A DNA stretch of 64,000 nt from Balanoglossus misakiensis. Its lineage: Eukaryota; Animalia; Hemichordata. This document shows positions 38,401-50,800 of this stretch, piece by piece (the stretch's first letter is position 1; each line of letters opens with the position of its first letter). The notes beneath the pieces were generated by a model. The model did no database searches, was not told the DNA's origin, and saw only the letters and a program-made list of their open reading frames with translations. Position numbers and translations under genes: made by a program. The DNA is taken from assembly GCA_040954595.2 (NCBI GenBank), contig CM082587.2:3542275-3606274 (forward strand), read 5' to 3'.

Positions 38401-41400
38401 CACCACCAGTTGGTTTGGCGGCATTTTCAGTAAACTCAGACCCAGGGCGAAAAACGAAGTTCATCTGCCGGACGATACCAACAAATCTGTGAGTGGAAAT
38501 AAATCAATTAATCTGTGTTAAATCAGTTAGACCTGTGTCTAAAATCAGAGAAGTAAATTTTGATGTGCTGTTGTTGTTGTTACCATTTTGCAGATCCAGT
38601 GGAATCCGGAGAAGAAAAAATGGGAGAATGCGGACGGCGAGGATGAAGACGACACCCCTGTAGCTCCTCCACCAACAGATAGTGAACTCAACCAGTCTAT
38701 ACCATCAATGACCAAACCACAAAGTAGCAACGGGCCGCCAGGGACGGCTGCACCCCCTTCAGGAATCAACCGGTTTCAGAGGCAGAAGTCAAAACTAGGT
38801 AGCTTACCCTAAAACTGATTTCACACATTTCTCCCACAATGCACTGCTGTGAAATAAAACTTGGGTGATTGGTGACGGGTGTTTCAGGATCACAACGGGC
38901 ATGTGGGCATGTTTCAACTTTGTAACCAATTGTGTATCACGTATTATTTTATAAAGTCATACTCTTTGATTTGGCTGGTGTAACTACTGCATGCAAGTAC
39001 TTTCAGTAGACATAATGTACTTAACGTCTTCCCACATTTTCACCCAAACCATGCCTACCAGGCACACTAACTATCATGCTGCCTGACCACTGGCACTCTG
39101 TGTGATCTTTAACTCTTAAAGATGGGCAGTCCCCAACCAGAACCGTTTCATTTCTCCCCGAAGGTGGTCGAAATAATTACGTCGACGTGTTCAATACCGG
39201 AGGTACGAAACCTAGTCAGGCGGTGCCACCACCAACTGATCTCTTCCCGATGATGCCAACAACAAACGCAGCTCCAGTCAACTACTTCATTCCAGAACCC
39301 GGTAAGGTTCAACCATATGAGTTCCATAGCTAGACTGCTAAGTGTTGTGTGATTTCTGTGGAGCTACATGTGATTTTCTACTTTTCCTAATATCCCAGTT
39401 TATTTGTGATTCTCATTAAAATCCAGTGTCGGACACGGCAGAACAGGGCCAAGGTGAACCATCAGGAAATGCCATGGAGAATCAACAACCCAAAATAGGA
39501 AACCCGGGATCCAGACCTAGCACACCGGCAAGCCCTTCGGAGTCCTCACCAACTGAAGCCAAACCAGAGGTAAGAACAAAATTAACTCCCACTCTTTTCC
39601 CCCCTGTAAGCTTGAAATTTCATTGGACCAGTCGTGGTAGATTTTAGTTTTACTCTGTTCTTGTTAAAGGGATCATCTTTAAAATGTTTCTTTTATTTGT
39701 AGTTCTTCAATCCAGCATCATTCGCAACTTCTGGACAAACTTGGGACCAAAACATAGGATACCAACAACAACAACCACCACAACAGCAACCACCACAACA
39801 ACAACAGCAACCACAACAACAGCAACCACAGTATGGGCAACAACAGCAGCAGCAGTTCCAGCAGCAACAACAACCGCAGTATGAACAACTGCAGCAGCAG
39901 CAATATGGACAGCAGCAGCAAATGCAACCACCACAACAGCCAGATCAGAATGCAGTAGTACCACCACAACAGAATGGAGAGAAGGAAGGCAATGTAAGTG
40001 AGGTATCAATGTCACATTTGGACGTGGTTTCATTTGTGTGTAATGTTGGTGGAACAGCTTCCATGTTGATTTGTTTATTTATTTTGCTGTCATATGCTTG
40101 AATATTTGTTTGTGGATATGTCCTGTACAAATGTACCGCACCATATCCTAATTGTAGGAGATATACATGTTAGCAGATTGAGCAGGACGATCTTGAGTTT
40201 TGTTAGTGAGGGTTGGTAGTTTAGATAACATGTTTGGGAGCAGATGTGTGCATTTTGATGTAGGTTCAGGAAGTTGCAATGCATCTCTTTAGAGATACTT
40301 TGTAGGCATCCTAAATGTTATGCAGTGTAGAGAGTGTCTGTTTGATTCCAGACTGTGTGGCAGGATCGGAACAGTTGACACAAAATGAAAGGTACACAAT
40401 TGACAACATGTTGCATCGTTCGCATCCCTGTGATCAAATGGGTGGAATTTTTTAGGGTTTTGGTAACGAATATGGTGAGGTTGAGGGATTTAGGTAGTGG
40501 TAGTTTTGTAGACTGTCTGAATCAGTTGGTGGTTTCACCAACCATAGTAGTTATGCCCACTGACATATAAGATGAGGGGAAAAACAAGGACACCCTTAAG
40601 AAAATGTGGGGGTTTTCTTTGTCAATCCTTACAAGTGCCATCATATTATGTATTTGTTATGGATTTTGGTAGTATGCATGGTTTTTGTAGCATTACATAG
40701 TATAAGATATAGCATAGGTGGAACAACACAATACATGTAGCAGCACTCTTTAGAAACATTTAGACTAGGTCAACTGGTCCTGGATGCTGTACACAGTTGA
40801 AGATGGCGGGAGGCTCAGGGGTTCATTTTAATTCTTCTTAAGACAGTGTGTAACAAAAATACATGTGCTTATATACCTGTATCTTGTGCCGTCAACAAGT
40901 CTTGTGTGCACCATGTCTGCGATATGCATATTCCCAGCACTCCCTCTGTGAAGAACAAGATGATCCATGGTGGCCAGCTGATGCAGTGACAAGCCCTGTA
41001 TTGTTCAATCGAAAAGCATGCTTGCATGTTGATTTCTCCTGGGGCATGTATATCTCACAGTAATGAGCATGTTACATTGAAGCGCACACGCACACAAAAA
41101 ACAACAAAGCATTGACCATTCATTGATTTAATCTTGTTTCTCCTTTGTATGTTTTTTGTCTTATTTCATGTTTTAATTGGGTATTGTATGTGGTTTTTCG
41201 TCTTCATAGTTATCCAGATCCAGCTCGCTTAGTTCTCTCTCATATGAAGTCAGTCAACATCTCAGTAACAGCATCTATGAACAGGTATATGCTTATTGAT
41301 AGATATGTCCATTGTTCCTTGTCTCTCTATGTCTCTCTTCCTTTCTCCTTTCCCTTGTCTCTGTCCTCTATGTGAACCACTGCCTGCTAAGCGAAGCCTG

Positions 41401-42786
41401 TGTATATATGTACAGCTGCACTAACAAAATAATGACACACTTTCTTTAATAAAGTTATGCGCTTGAAGCGAAACTTTTGCACTCGTTATTAGAATATAGT
41501 CTCAAACTTTCTCACCATGCAGGAGATTTTAAGTATTAAAGTACTTGCTTTATTGGGGTGGAGTGGCAGTCTGATTGGATAAGTTGTTGATAGCTTTGGG
41601 CACATATTTTGAGACATAGGGCAAATGTAACAACTTTTTCCAGGAGGTGCAGACAAAACATTGTTCGTACTTCTGTCTGTGGGTTGCTGAAACTTGAAAT
41701 ATGGAACAAGCAAAGTTGAAAAGGAGAGGGAATATACTCCAATCATTGTGTTGTGAATACAGAATTCTGTCTTCTGTCCCCTTCTGTCCATCTTCTTCAA
41801 ACTGATTCTGTCTCCCCTCCCTCCCTTTCTGAATACTAACACTGTGTTTTTGTCTGTCCAGAGAAATCAGTCTGGGAAGCTTTCTACCCTGCTGGACTTC
41901 TCCGCTGTATGTGGTGACATGATGTCTCATTCCTCTCTGTTGTTGGCAAACGTTTTGTGCTGCTGTCATGTGTTGTAGTGTGTGGTCATCTCATGATGTG
42001 CTGTGGTGTGTTAACAGCATGCTGTAGTACTGTGATGTGATGTGATGTGATAACATGTGATATTTTGTACCACACTGACATGCACACAGAGCTGGGAATG
42101 AGAATCTGCACTCATTTGTGGGCAAACTTGTACATTGTAACTCTATGGTTTTTGACATGCATTGTACATGTCCGTAGTTTGATGGCTACATTGTTTGCAC
42201 ATCTGTTCATTCAGACCACCTTTTTATTGTAGCATTTAATATCCACACAGTACACGGCCTGTTTGTTCTGATGATATGTTCTCACTTCCAAATAGACCAG
42301 CAGGGAATAGCTTATAAACGGCCTCACTTAGTCTCTTCCTGTTCTAATGCTAACAGTAACACTTCTGGTAAAGCAAAGTCAATCCTCTGTCACACTCGGT
42401 CAGCACTTGTGAGCTTTTGTGATCGGTCCAGGTGCAGTTCAACCACCGAAGTAAAGGGCAATTCTGTCTCCAAGAACATGCCAAGTTGTTGGCCATTACA
42501 CCTCTACTCAAGCACACAATAGCTGCTGCTGTTTCTGTATTCTAGTATCTTGTGCTTGCAGACAATTTTTTGGAGTCGCTCAGTTTGTACTAATTCGTGT
42601 CGTGTTTTCTCGTTGCAGACCACAAGTCAACCAACCTGGCAGCAGCCAGAACCTATCGCATCAGGCCCAGTGATGTACAACCCTTCCCAATTTGCAGGGA
42701 CTCCCTCCCAGCAAATGGCAGCGACGCCCGGTATGAGACAAGGCTACAGCATGTCAGCCAGAAGGAAGTACCCAACCCAGAGATAG
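29421..42786 (+). CDS. SEC16A: COPII / ER exit-site scaffold Sec16
   Basis: ATG 29421. Large disordered exons 29606-31015 and 31159-33693, with an Arg/Tyr-rich region. Central conserved domain ([59 protein letters not shown]). C-terminal [40 protein letters not shown]. Likely the pro-orthologue of SEC16A/B. Confidence 0.93.
39761..39945 (+). repeat. Coding CAA/CAG Gln/Pro-rich repeat (QQQQP units) in SEC16 exon 39703-39993; similar tract at ~33170-33270
   Basis: Directly visible low-complexity tract, in frame with FFNPASF. Confidence 0.85.
41210..41284 (+). other. 75-nt SEC16 exon [25 protein letters not shown] (probable cassette)
   Basis: cttcatAG|...GAACAG|gtatat, phase 0-0. The peptide resembles LSRCSSMSSLSREVSQH of the vertebrate SEC16A C-terminus (recalled, not searched). 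Confidence 0.8.
41862..41906 (+). other. Candidate 45-nt SEC16 cassette exon [15 protein letters not shown]
   Basis: Perfect TACTAAC branch point at 41834-41840, pyrimidine tract, CAG acceptor and GCT|gtatgt donor. Phase 0-0, no stop. Confidence 0.55.
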
Positions 42787-45700
42787 TCATGTGACTGGTA
42801 TGGGCGAATTCCATTGGATGTGAAGATAGCCAATCAGACACCAAGATGTGGCTAATTGTTCTCCACATTGAATTTCACATGAATTACAGTTGATAGTATA
42901 ATACATGTACATACCAGTGCAAATTAATATCAACTTTTTTGTTCAACATATAATTCATTGAAAGTGTGTGATTCACTGGAAGTGATTCCCTCAAGTGTTT
43001 TGGGGAACAAATCTGCCTTCTGGAGAATAGCAGATTTATGATAAAACAGTATCATCTTGGCATTACCAATGGTTAATTTACATCAATACCTTTTCTGTGC
43101 TATACGCATTTCAACAATTAAATGATTTAAAAATTTACAGAGCTTTAAGAATATTGAAGGATATATTTTTTGCCTGTCATAGTTTTACTTTTCAAACTGT
43201 TTTGCTGCTGACGCGTTTACTTACAGCTTCTTTTTGTAACAGTTGCGCTGAGCTGCATTTATGGAGTGTGTGGCGCGGGCATCTCTGTACTTACAGCTTG
43301 TAGAGAAAACAGGGCGTACTGTAGTAAGAATTCCATATTACGTTACTGTCGCTTTGCTTTGTGTGCGCAAGTCGAGCTCTACACTGAACCTGTCATGCCT
43401 GGCGTCTCGCGTCGGTTAAGAATTTGTGCCAGCCAATAAGATGAGAGAACGGGGCTTTTTATCGTGTTGCGCGGCAGGCTTGTCGCCCACAAGAGCATCC
43501 ACGCTGGAACAACACCCCCCCCGCCCCACCCTCTGGAGGTCCGGTACCTCACTCAACCCTGCTTTGCCATTGAGGGCGCTCTTCTCAACAGTGAATAGAC
43601 TCTTCATAAGTTCATACATTTTTGACACAGAATAAGAGCAGTAACACAGGTATAACACATCAGACAGCCTCAAGAGGGTTGATCGACATTTCTAGGAACA
43701 CTGGTACAGTGAACGCGCAATTTATTTTCCAAATCCAGTGACAGTTTCCCAATCCTATACGTTCATAATGTAATTCTCAGTTGTCAAAAGATAACTTCGA
43801 GAATTACAAAAACATGATTTCAGATTGTTAAACTAAATAATGTAATTATTTGTGTTTAAATATAATTAGAGTAGCACACACAAGCTGTCGTGTACAGAAA
43901 AATTATCCTTACCAGCCCATTAATGTATGTGGCAAAATAAGGAACAGTGCTAATTTTATTTTCTTGAAAAATCAACTTTTATGAAAATATACTTTGTGTA
44001 ATTTGAAAGCTTTTTCCTTGTGATTTGATGGAAATTGTGTTAATTTATTAAATTTATGTAGGCAGTCCCATAATGTTTAAGTGTAGCAAAAATATGATGC
44101 CATAATTTGTCTAAACATATGACTTGATGGCTGTTAATTAGAAATCCCCAACCATTTTTTATGTGTGTATGAAAAAGGGTTGGAGAGTTAATTCTAGGCT
44201 TTAAAAAAACAGGTCGCATTTTGCGATGTGACAGATACAACAACATTTGGACAAGGTGCAAGATTGCTTTTAGGGTAATGTCTTTCCATTTAAACACTGT
44301 GAACTCTAATCGGAGTTTACCAATTCGTGGTTTGGTCATGTGACTGTCTCCCATTTCTATCCATTCTTCACACACGGTACAAGTGTGTTTTTTGTTTGTT
44401 CCCAGAATGGCAGAATTCGCAGCGTAGAAGGAACTCTGATTTTGACATATAGTATCCTTGTATTTATCTAACAAAACTTGAAACCTTTTACAACCTCATG
44501 TTGTTTACATCTCAGTTATTTTCCTCAGTGACAAAAGAAACGAAAAATCCTATTGGGCAAGGCATTTAATTAGCTGTAAAAATGTCTGCCAGAGTTTGGT
44601 TTAGTACCCAAGGTTCAATTAATAAGCTGTAAAAATATCTGCCTGAATTCGCTTTAACAAATATACAATTAGCCTATAATCAACATTGGTTAGTAGCACA
44701 ATATTAATCTGAGCCTGACAGATTTTACAGCGAATTTGACAGGTCGAGAGAAAGTCTATGTCTATCTACTGAATTTTTTTTGGCTCTCTTTGTGAGTGTG
44801 ATCCGTGATGTCTGTATCAACAGATTTTTTCTGAAATAAACATTGTCACTTAATATGATGAAATGGGTGCATCTGCATTTGCATGTCCATCCCCTAGGTC
44901 GCAACATGACATTGCAATATATGAAAAGAAACTCGCACTCAATAAAAACTCGTACGATGAAAAGGCACATTTATTTGACTCCAAAAATTCGACAAAATAA
45001 CCTGAACGTCTGTTGACAACACAAATTGTACGTGCAGTAACGGCAACAAATATGAACAAATTACGACGGAAAGGGGTCGCTTCAGTGTACAATGTTGAAA
45101 AACAAAAGAAAGAAAATCATATACTAGAGCGCCATCAATGGGCAAACCGTGTGTTGCCTTTGTTTCTTCTAGGAACTCGGAAATGTAAAACATCACATGA
45201 TAATGGAGTGTCGATTCCGAATGACTTTTCCATGTTTAAACAGGTGTGTTGCCATCCAAAATCAGGTCTGTTCTCTTGTACGAAGCCCTGGAGGACGCTC
45301 TGAGAAAATAGAACAAATCCCAAAAGACAATTTACCCATGTCAAGACAGACTTGATATTGAAGCTTGAAACGTTCATAGTTGTCACGGGTAGTAAAACAG
45401 TATGGACACATAACGACCGGTATTTACAAAACTATTCCCCCACAAATGGAGGTTTACATAAAGTCTAATACATGCAGAGCGCCGGTCCATGGAAACAAAC
45501 TTGAATATTTAACAATAAAAATGCCTAATTTTAAAAAGGTATTTACTCTGAAAAGGTCGAGTTTCACAGTGTACATACGTTTTGCTCGCGGCGACGAATT
45601 CGTCAGACGAATCACGGGAAATGTACACATTTTACCGATCATGCGCATTCACAGCGAATTAAACTAAGAACATCGATATCATCAGTGATAAAAGATTCTC

Positions 45701-47811
45701 TCAATACAGCTGCATCTATGTACCACATAGACCACTTTTCACAAAAAATGATAAATATTTATTCTCGGAACAAGAAATGATTGAGCACAAATCAAACGAT
45801 TATAAACATATATAATTCTTTGAGAAGCTTCCGTGTTTGTATAATATTTTCCATTTATTTTATACATAGAGAAGCGCCCTATCAAACGAAATATTAAAAA
45901 CTTCAATTTCATAGTACAAATATTTTTTTGATCTTCAAAAGTTTGGCCATTTTCACATTAAACAAAATTACCCGCTTTCAGAATGAACTACGGAACAACT
46001 TTCCCCAGAATTCAATAACTTATATTTGAATTTCCTTAAAAAAGACCACCAGTTAATGGTGGTTTCGTTTCAGTCAAAATTGTTAATATTGTTCATCCGC
46101 TCATAAAGGAATGTCATCCGTCTTAACAGAGGTTTGGCCATCAGCAATTTGTTGAAATAAATAATTCAAGAGTAAACTAGAAAAGCTGTGTTTTTTTTAA
46201 TTTCTGGGTTGTTGGAGTAAACTTCTTGGTGCATGATGGTGTGGGGGGGGGGGGGGGTGTACGCGACCAAACATTCTGAACGAAGCCGATTGTCTGAAAA
46301 AATGCTACCAAACTTCAACTGATGGTTGGGTTTTAAGATATGAAACATCAGATAATATTTAAATTTAAAGAGAAATTTCACTCAAATAGCAGTACGTAGC
46401 CTAAGAATATAGGTTTGGGACAAGGGTTGCAGTAACGAAGGACTTCGGTTAGTTAAGGCGACTTGCACATAGGTCATATCGATAAATATCGCGCAAAGTA
46501 TTTAAACATATATAACATGATTAATCAATATTTGAATAATTATAGAATAAAGAAGAAAGTACGCACTTAGAATATCGAAGGAAAAAGAACCAATACATGT
46601 ACATAGGTACAGTGTGCAACTAATCTGCATATAGCAAATCTTAGAAACTAATTTGAATATATGTAAATTACAGGTACTCAGAAAATTAGTTTGATATACA
46701 ATGTATAGACATAGGCAAAGTCAGAAACTAATTTAAAAAAAATTAGCTAATCTAAGTAATCCGCGTTCGAATGCAGTAAAAGTGACATGTTAAAAGGAAA
46801 GTTTAAGTATTCGTGGAGTGTAATTTCGAGAAAACTGTTTTTTGATTCAGTGTAATGTGTTAGAAACCTGTTGACACTAGACATGTAAATATCCATGAAA
46901 TTGCAACTTTGTGATAAAATATATTTATGATAGATACTCATACTTTACAAAAATGTACCAGCGAAGTACAATTACAAATTAATAGAGTCTGATATAGAGA
47001 TTTGAAAAACAGCGCGATATACGTAAATTGAAACAGAGCGAACTGTAAAATCTATTTAAAATATTGTACATTTTTTTGGATATGTCAGCTTTGCCTCAGT
47101 CATATTTACATATTGCTGATGTCATTCACGTGACAGACAGCATGGCTGATCATTGGTGATTGGCACCCTGCTTTCCTATAAGATCATGATCGTTTCTTAC
47201 ATTTCATCGTTCTGAATGTATGACCTTACACTTTTGTGTCGTGAGCAAATAAGATGCCCTTCCACTGTCGACGGGGAATTTTCGTTGTCCACCCAGCTGC
47301 TAATTGGAATCGTTAACCTTCAAGTAATCATTAAATGCCAAAAAAATGTCAAAGTTATACAGCTCGCTTCTCGCGTAAATATTCAAAACTTAACGACGGC
47401 ACAGAAAAACACAGTAAGTGGTACAGAACAGATCTGAGGGAAAAAATGAAAGTTCAAAAAAATTAGAATTGTGATATGGAGATTGAGTGACCTTCACAGA
47501 AGATGTGTGATTCCGTCACTGACAACGCATCAGTTTGAAGTAACGATTTTGGTCTGATCGCAACTCTTTGGAGTACTGTAGTACTGCTTGAACGGACAAA
47601 CGAATCGTCAAACAAATCCATGACTGACGCGCGGCTGTGTGGCGCTCCGCCTGTACTATAAACACGCCCTGGAGTGGCGACGTCAATTTAACGTCCAAAA
47701 AGAGACGGAGCCGTCCAGTGAGATACGATAGAGAACGGCAAATCCATCCTGGTCACCTGTACGAAGTTTCAGTTACAGAGAGCCCCGGAAACAGGGCTGA
47801 GGGTGAAGCGT

Positions 47812-50800
47812 TCATTTTAGGTCGACGTTTTCGTCCTCATCCACGGACGATGACAGTCGGAAAGGTGACGAGCTGAGGCTTGACATGGAAGGGCTTCCCT
47901 TGCCCGACGAGGATGAACCCAGCCCGAACAGCTCGGCCCGTGCGTCGCCAGCACATAGGTTTGCCGGGGTCGACCCGGTCCGGCTGGCGAAGGTTCTCAC
48001 GGGAGACTTTCGCAGGAGTTCGGCCCGGGCGTCGAGTTCGGAGTTGGACGAGCCCGTCCGCTCGTTTGCGCCGCGCGGGGAGCGAAATCCCGCGTGAAGG
48101 CTGTGGGGATCCGGCTCGGACTGCGTTGAGTTCTGGCGCGATCCTATGTTCAGACCCAGCAACTCTGACCTCGGTGTGGGCTCGGACAGTCTGTCGGAGC
48201 TGGTGATGTAGCGGGCCTTCCCGACAGAAAACAGCTCGGCGCGCACATCGCGTTCCGTCCACACCGGAGGCGGGGATTCAGTGCGGGGTCGCGGTGGCGG
48301 GGCTGTCCCAAAGAGTTCGGCACGGGCGTCGCTCATGGTCTTCGGGTCGTGAGCACCACGGAACGCCGCGTGCGCATTGGCCACGACACGCTTTCCTCGC
48401 TCCAGCGGCGGGTGCCTGTTGTCGGATCGTCCGATATTGCCATCGTCAAGGTAGACTCGCCTTCGCACTCCATTGTCCGAGAAGTTGACCAACGGCGTGA
48501 TGATATTCGGTGGTTGTGGCTTGGATGGTGCCGGGATTGGTCGCTCTGTCATTTGGCCAACTAAGCAGTTTAGAGGGATCTTAGAAATCTGTATCGTATT
48601 TGGACTTGGCGGACCTAAAGAGATAGAGAGAACATGAACATGCTACAAACGTCAGTGCATCGATGGTATTAGGAAGAAAATTGTCTACAGCTTATTTGTC
48701 GATTGAAAGCCACGCTCTTATTCAGTGGCAGCACCTGTATACAGTTATGCATAGTTGTTCTCACCCTCCCCCTCTCTATTTCTGGAAATCTGCAGTTTAC
48801 CTGATGAAGTAGGCGAGCCTAGAGGGCTAAGTGGACGAGCATGGCCGTTTTCTTTCCCACTCGAATTAGCTGTTTCACTGGAACAAATCGTGAAGTAGAG
48901 GTCACACTGAAACGAAAAGAAGACACATCATATACATTTTATTATTTGATCATTCGTCTGTTTGTTGCTTCAATTCCATGTCTACATTAAGAAGAAAATG
49001 ACCAAAGATGATATAAACAACCAAGTTCGGGCACTTGGACGCGACGATGCCTGAAACTGCGATAAACGAATAAAAACAAAAGCCAAGTGTGTTTTATGAC
49101 GATAGATGGCGCGCTTTGTCCTACCTTGGAAGTGATGAGGTTCAGTCTTGGCATGGTCATCTCGTGAACCAGGTTGCCATTAACGACCAATCTGATCTCA
49201 ACGGTATCCGGTGTAAAAGCCAGGATGTAAGGGAAAGCGCACACTAAAACGAACAAATGCAACAGGAATTAGACAAGCTGATTATTAAACTGTGACCTTG
49301 GAGAAAAATCCTCGACAAAATTAAGAAGATGAGAACCATATATTTCGGTAGTGGCCACTCACCAATAGCGTCGGGTGGAGAGTTCCAGTGAATATCGAAA
49401 TCTGACGACTGGTCTCCAGACATCTTCTTGAACTGGGAAACATCTGACCAGAGGTAAAGGAGAAACATCGCCAATTATTAAACAGCCTCGCCATTTAGGA
49501 TTGACAGTGAGAAGTTACAGGACCAAACACGGGCGCCATACTGACCATATGCAGAGAAAATATGCACCTAACCAAACGTTAACAATCGCGTCGGAAGTAT
49601 ATAAAACATTCAACAAAACGAAGTCTTTCTCTTACGGTTATAGCAGAGCAATAACTCGGCCTCGTCGTCCTCGTAAATATCCAGCGCCGTAACGAGGTTC
49701 ACCTGAGTAATGAAAAAAACAAACCAACAAATTTAACACGCCATAGTTCGACCGGATTTCCACATGCCCCGGAGACACAAGAGATGGTCTGTACAGATTC
49801 ATCACCCTGAAACAAGCAGTGCCTGGTTTCTCTCTCACAAACAAACAGCCAACATTTTACGGCTGTCAAATGTGGATGATGATTACTTTGGGGCGAACAC
49901 GATTGGAAAACTCATTATCTTTACCTCACGATTTAATGAGTGACAGTCATTTGGTTTCTTTATGGACCCAGATCACAGTACTTGTGTCAAAGAATCCTGA
50001 TGGCTTCGGGCAGCAAATAATACAGGGCCAATCCCATTAAAGTCTCGTTTACCCGGTTGGGAAACTCGGCCAAATGTTACAGTTTTATTTGTGCCTCCAA
50101 GAATTCGATTCAACGGAAAATCAAACTGTAAAGTTCGATATTCTTGCCTACATTATGTGCTATTCACAAATGAGGCCACCTTTTAACCCCGGCTGATCTG
50201 ATTAAGTTGCGACGTTCGTAAAAGTGCTCCTTGACGCGCGCAAGCCGCAGGTGATCCAAAGGTGACGAAATGAGGCAATTGAATGTGAGATGTTGTGTGT
50301 AAAACCATCTCACCTTATTGGCCTCCACCTGGTGCAGTCTGAACGTATCTCCGTTCTTCTCGTTGATCAGATCGAACTGATGTCTGTAGCCGACGCAGAT
50401 CTGGTTGTCCGATTTACCGCCATCTATCAACGTCATCAGCGTGGGCACTTCGCCCGCGTACAGTTCCTATCAAGAAAAAGCATCAGATAGAGATCAGACG
50501 TCTATGAGAATCGGAGTGTGTGGTGGAGCTTTGTTGCACATCTGGCATAAATGCGTCCTGTCTGTCTTTTCTTGTAGTGATGAGATTACCTAACAGTAGT
50601 GTACTTAGAGATTTATTTTGATACGCCCCAGTGATAAAGAAATCGAAAGGCAAATGACCTCTCCGAGTGCGGTCTCAGTCTGTTTGTGATTCACGTCTAG
50701 CACCGCAAGAAAAACGACTATATCTACACAGTATAAGCTGCCAAGACTGACAGTGAACCGTAGACACCCGCACGTAAAAATTGTCAGAATCATCATCACC

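Noticed and set aside
42301-42450. Third SEC16 cassette exon (150 nt, open frame)
   Set aside because: The first AG gives an in-frame stop, the pyrimidine tract is weak and the peptide is not recognisable.
45172-45243. Exon-like segment between SEC16 and GARNL3
   Set aside because: Splice-like ends but no partner exons or recognisable protein; it lies in probable UTR or intergenic sequence.
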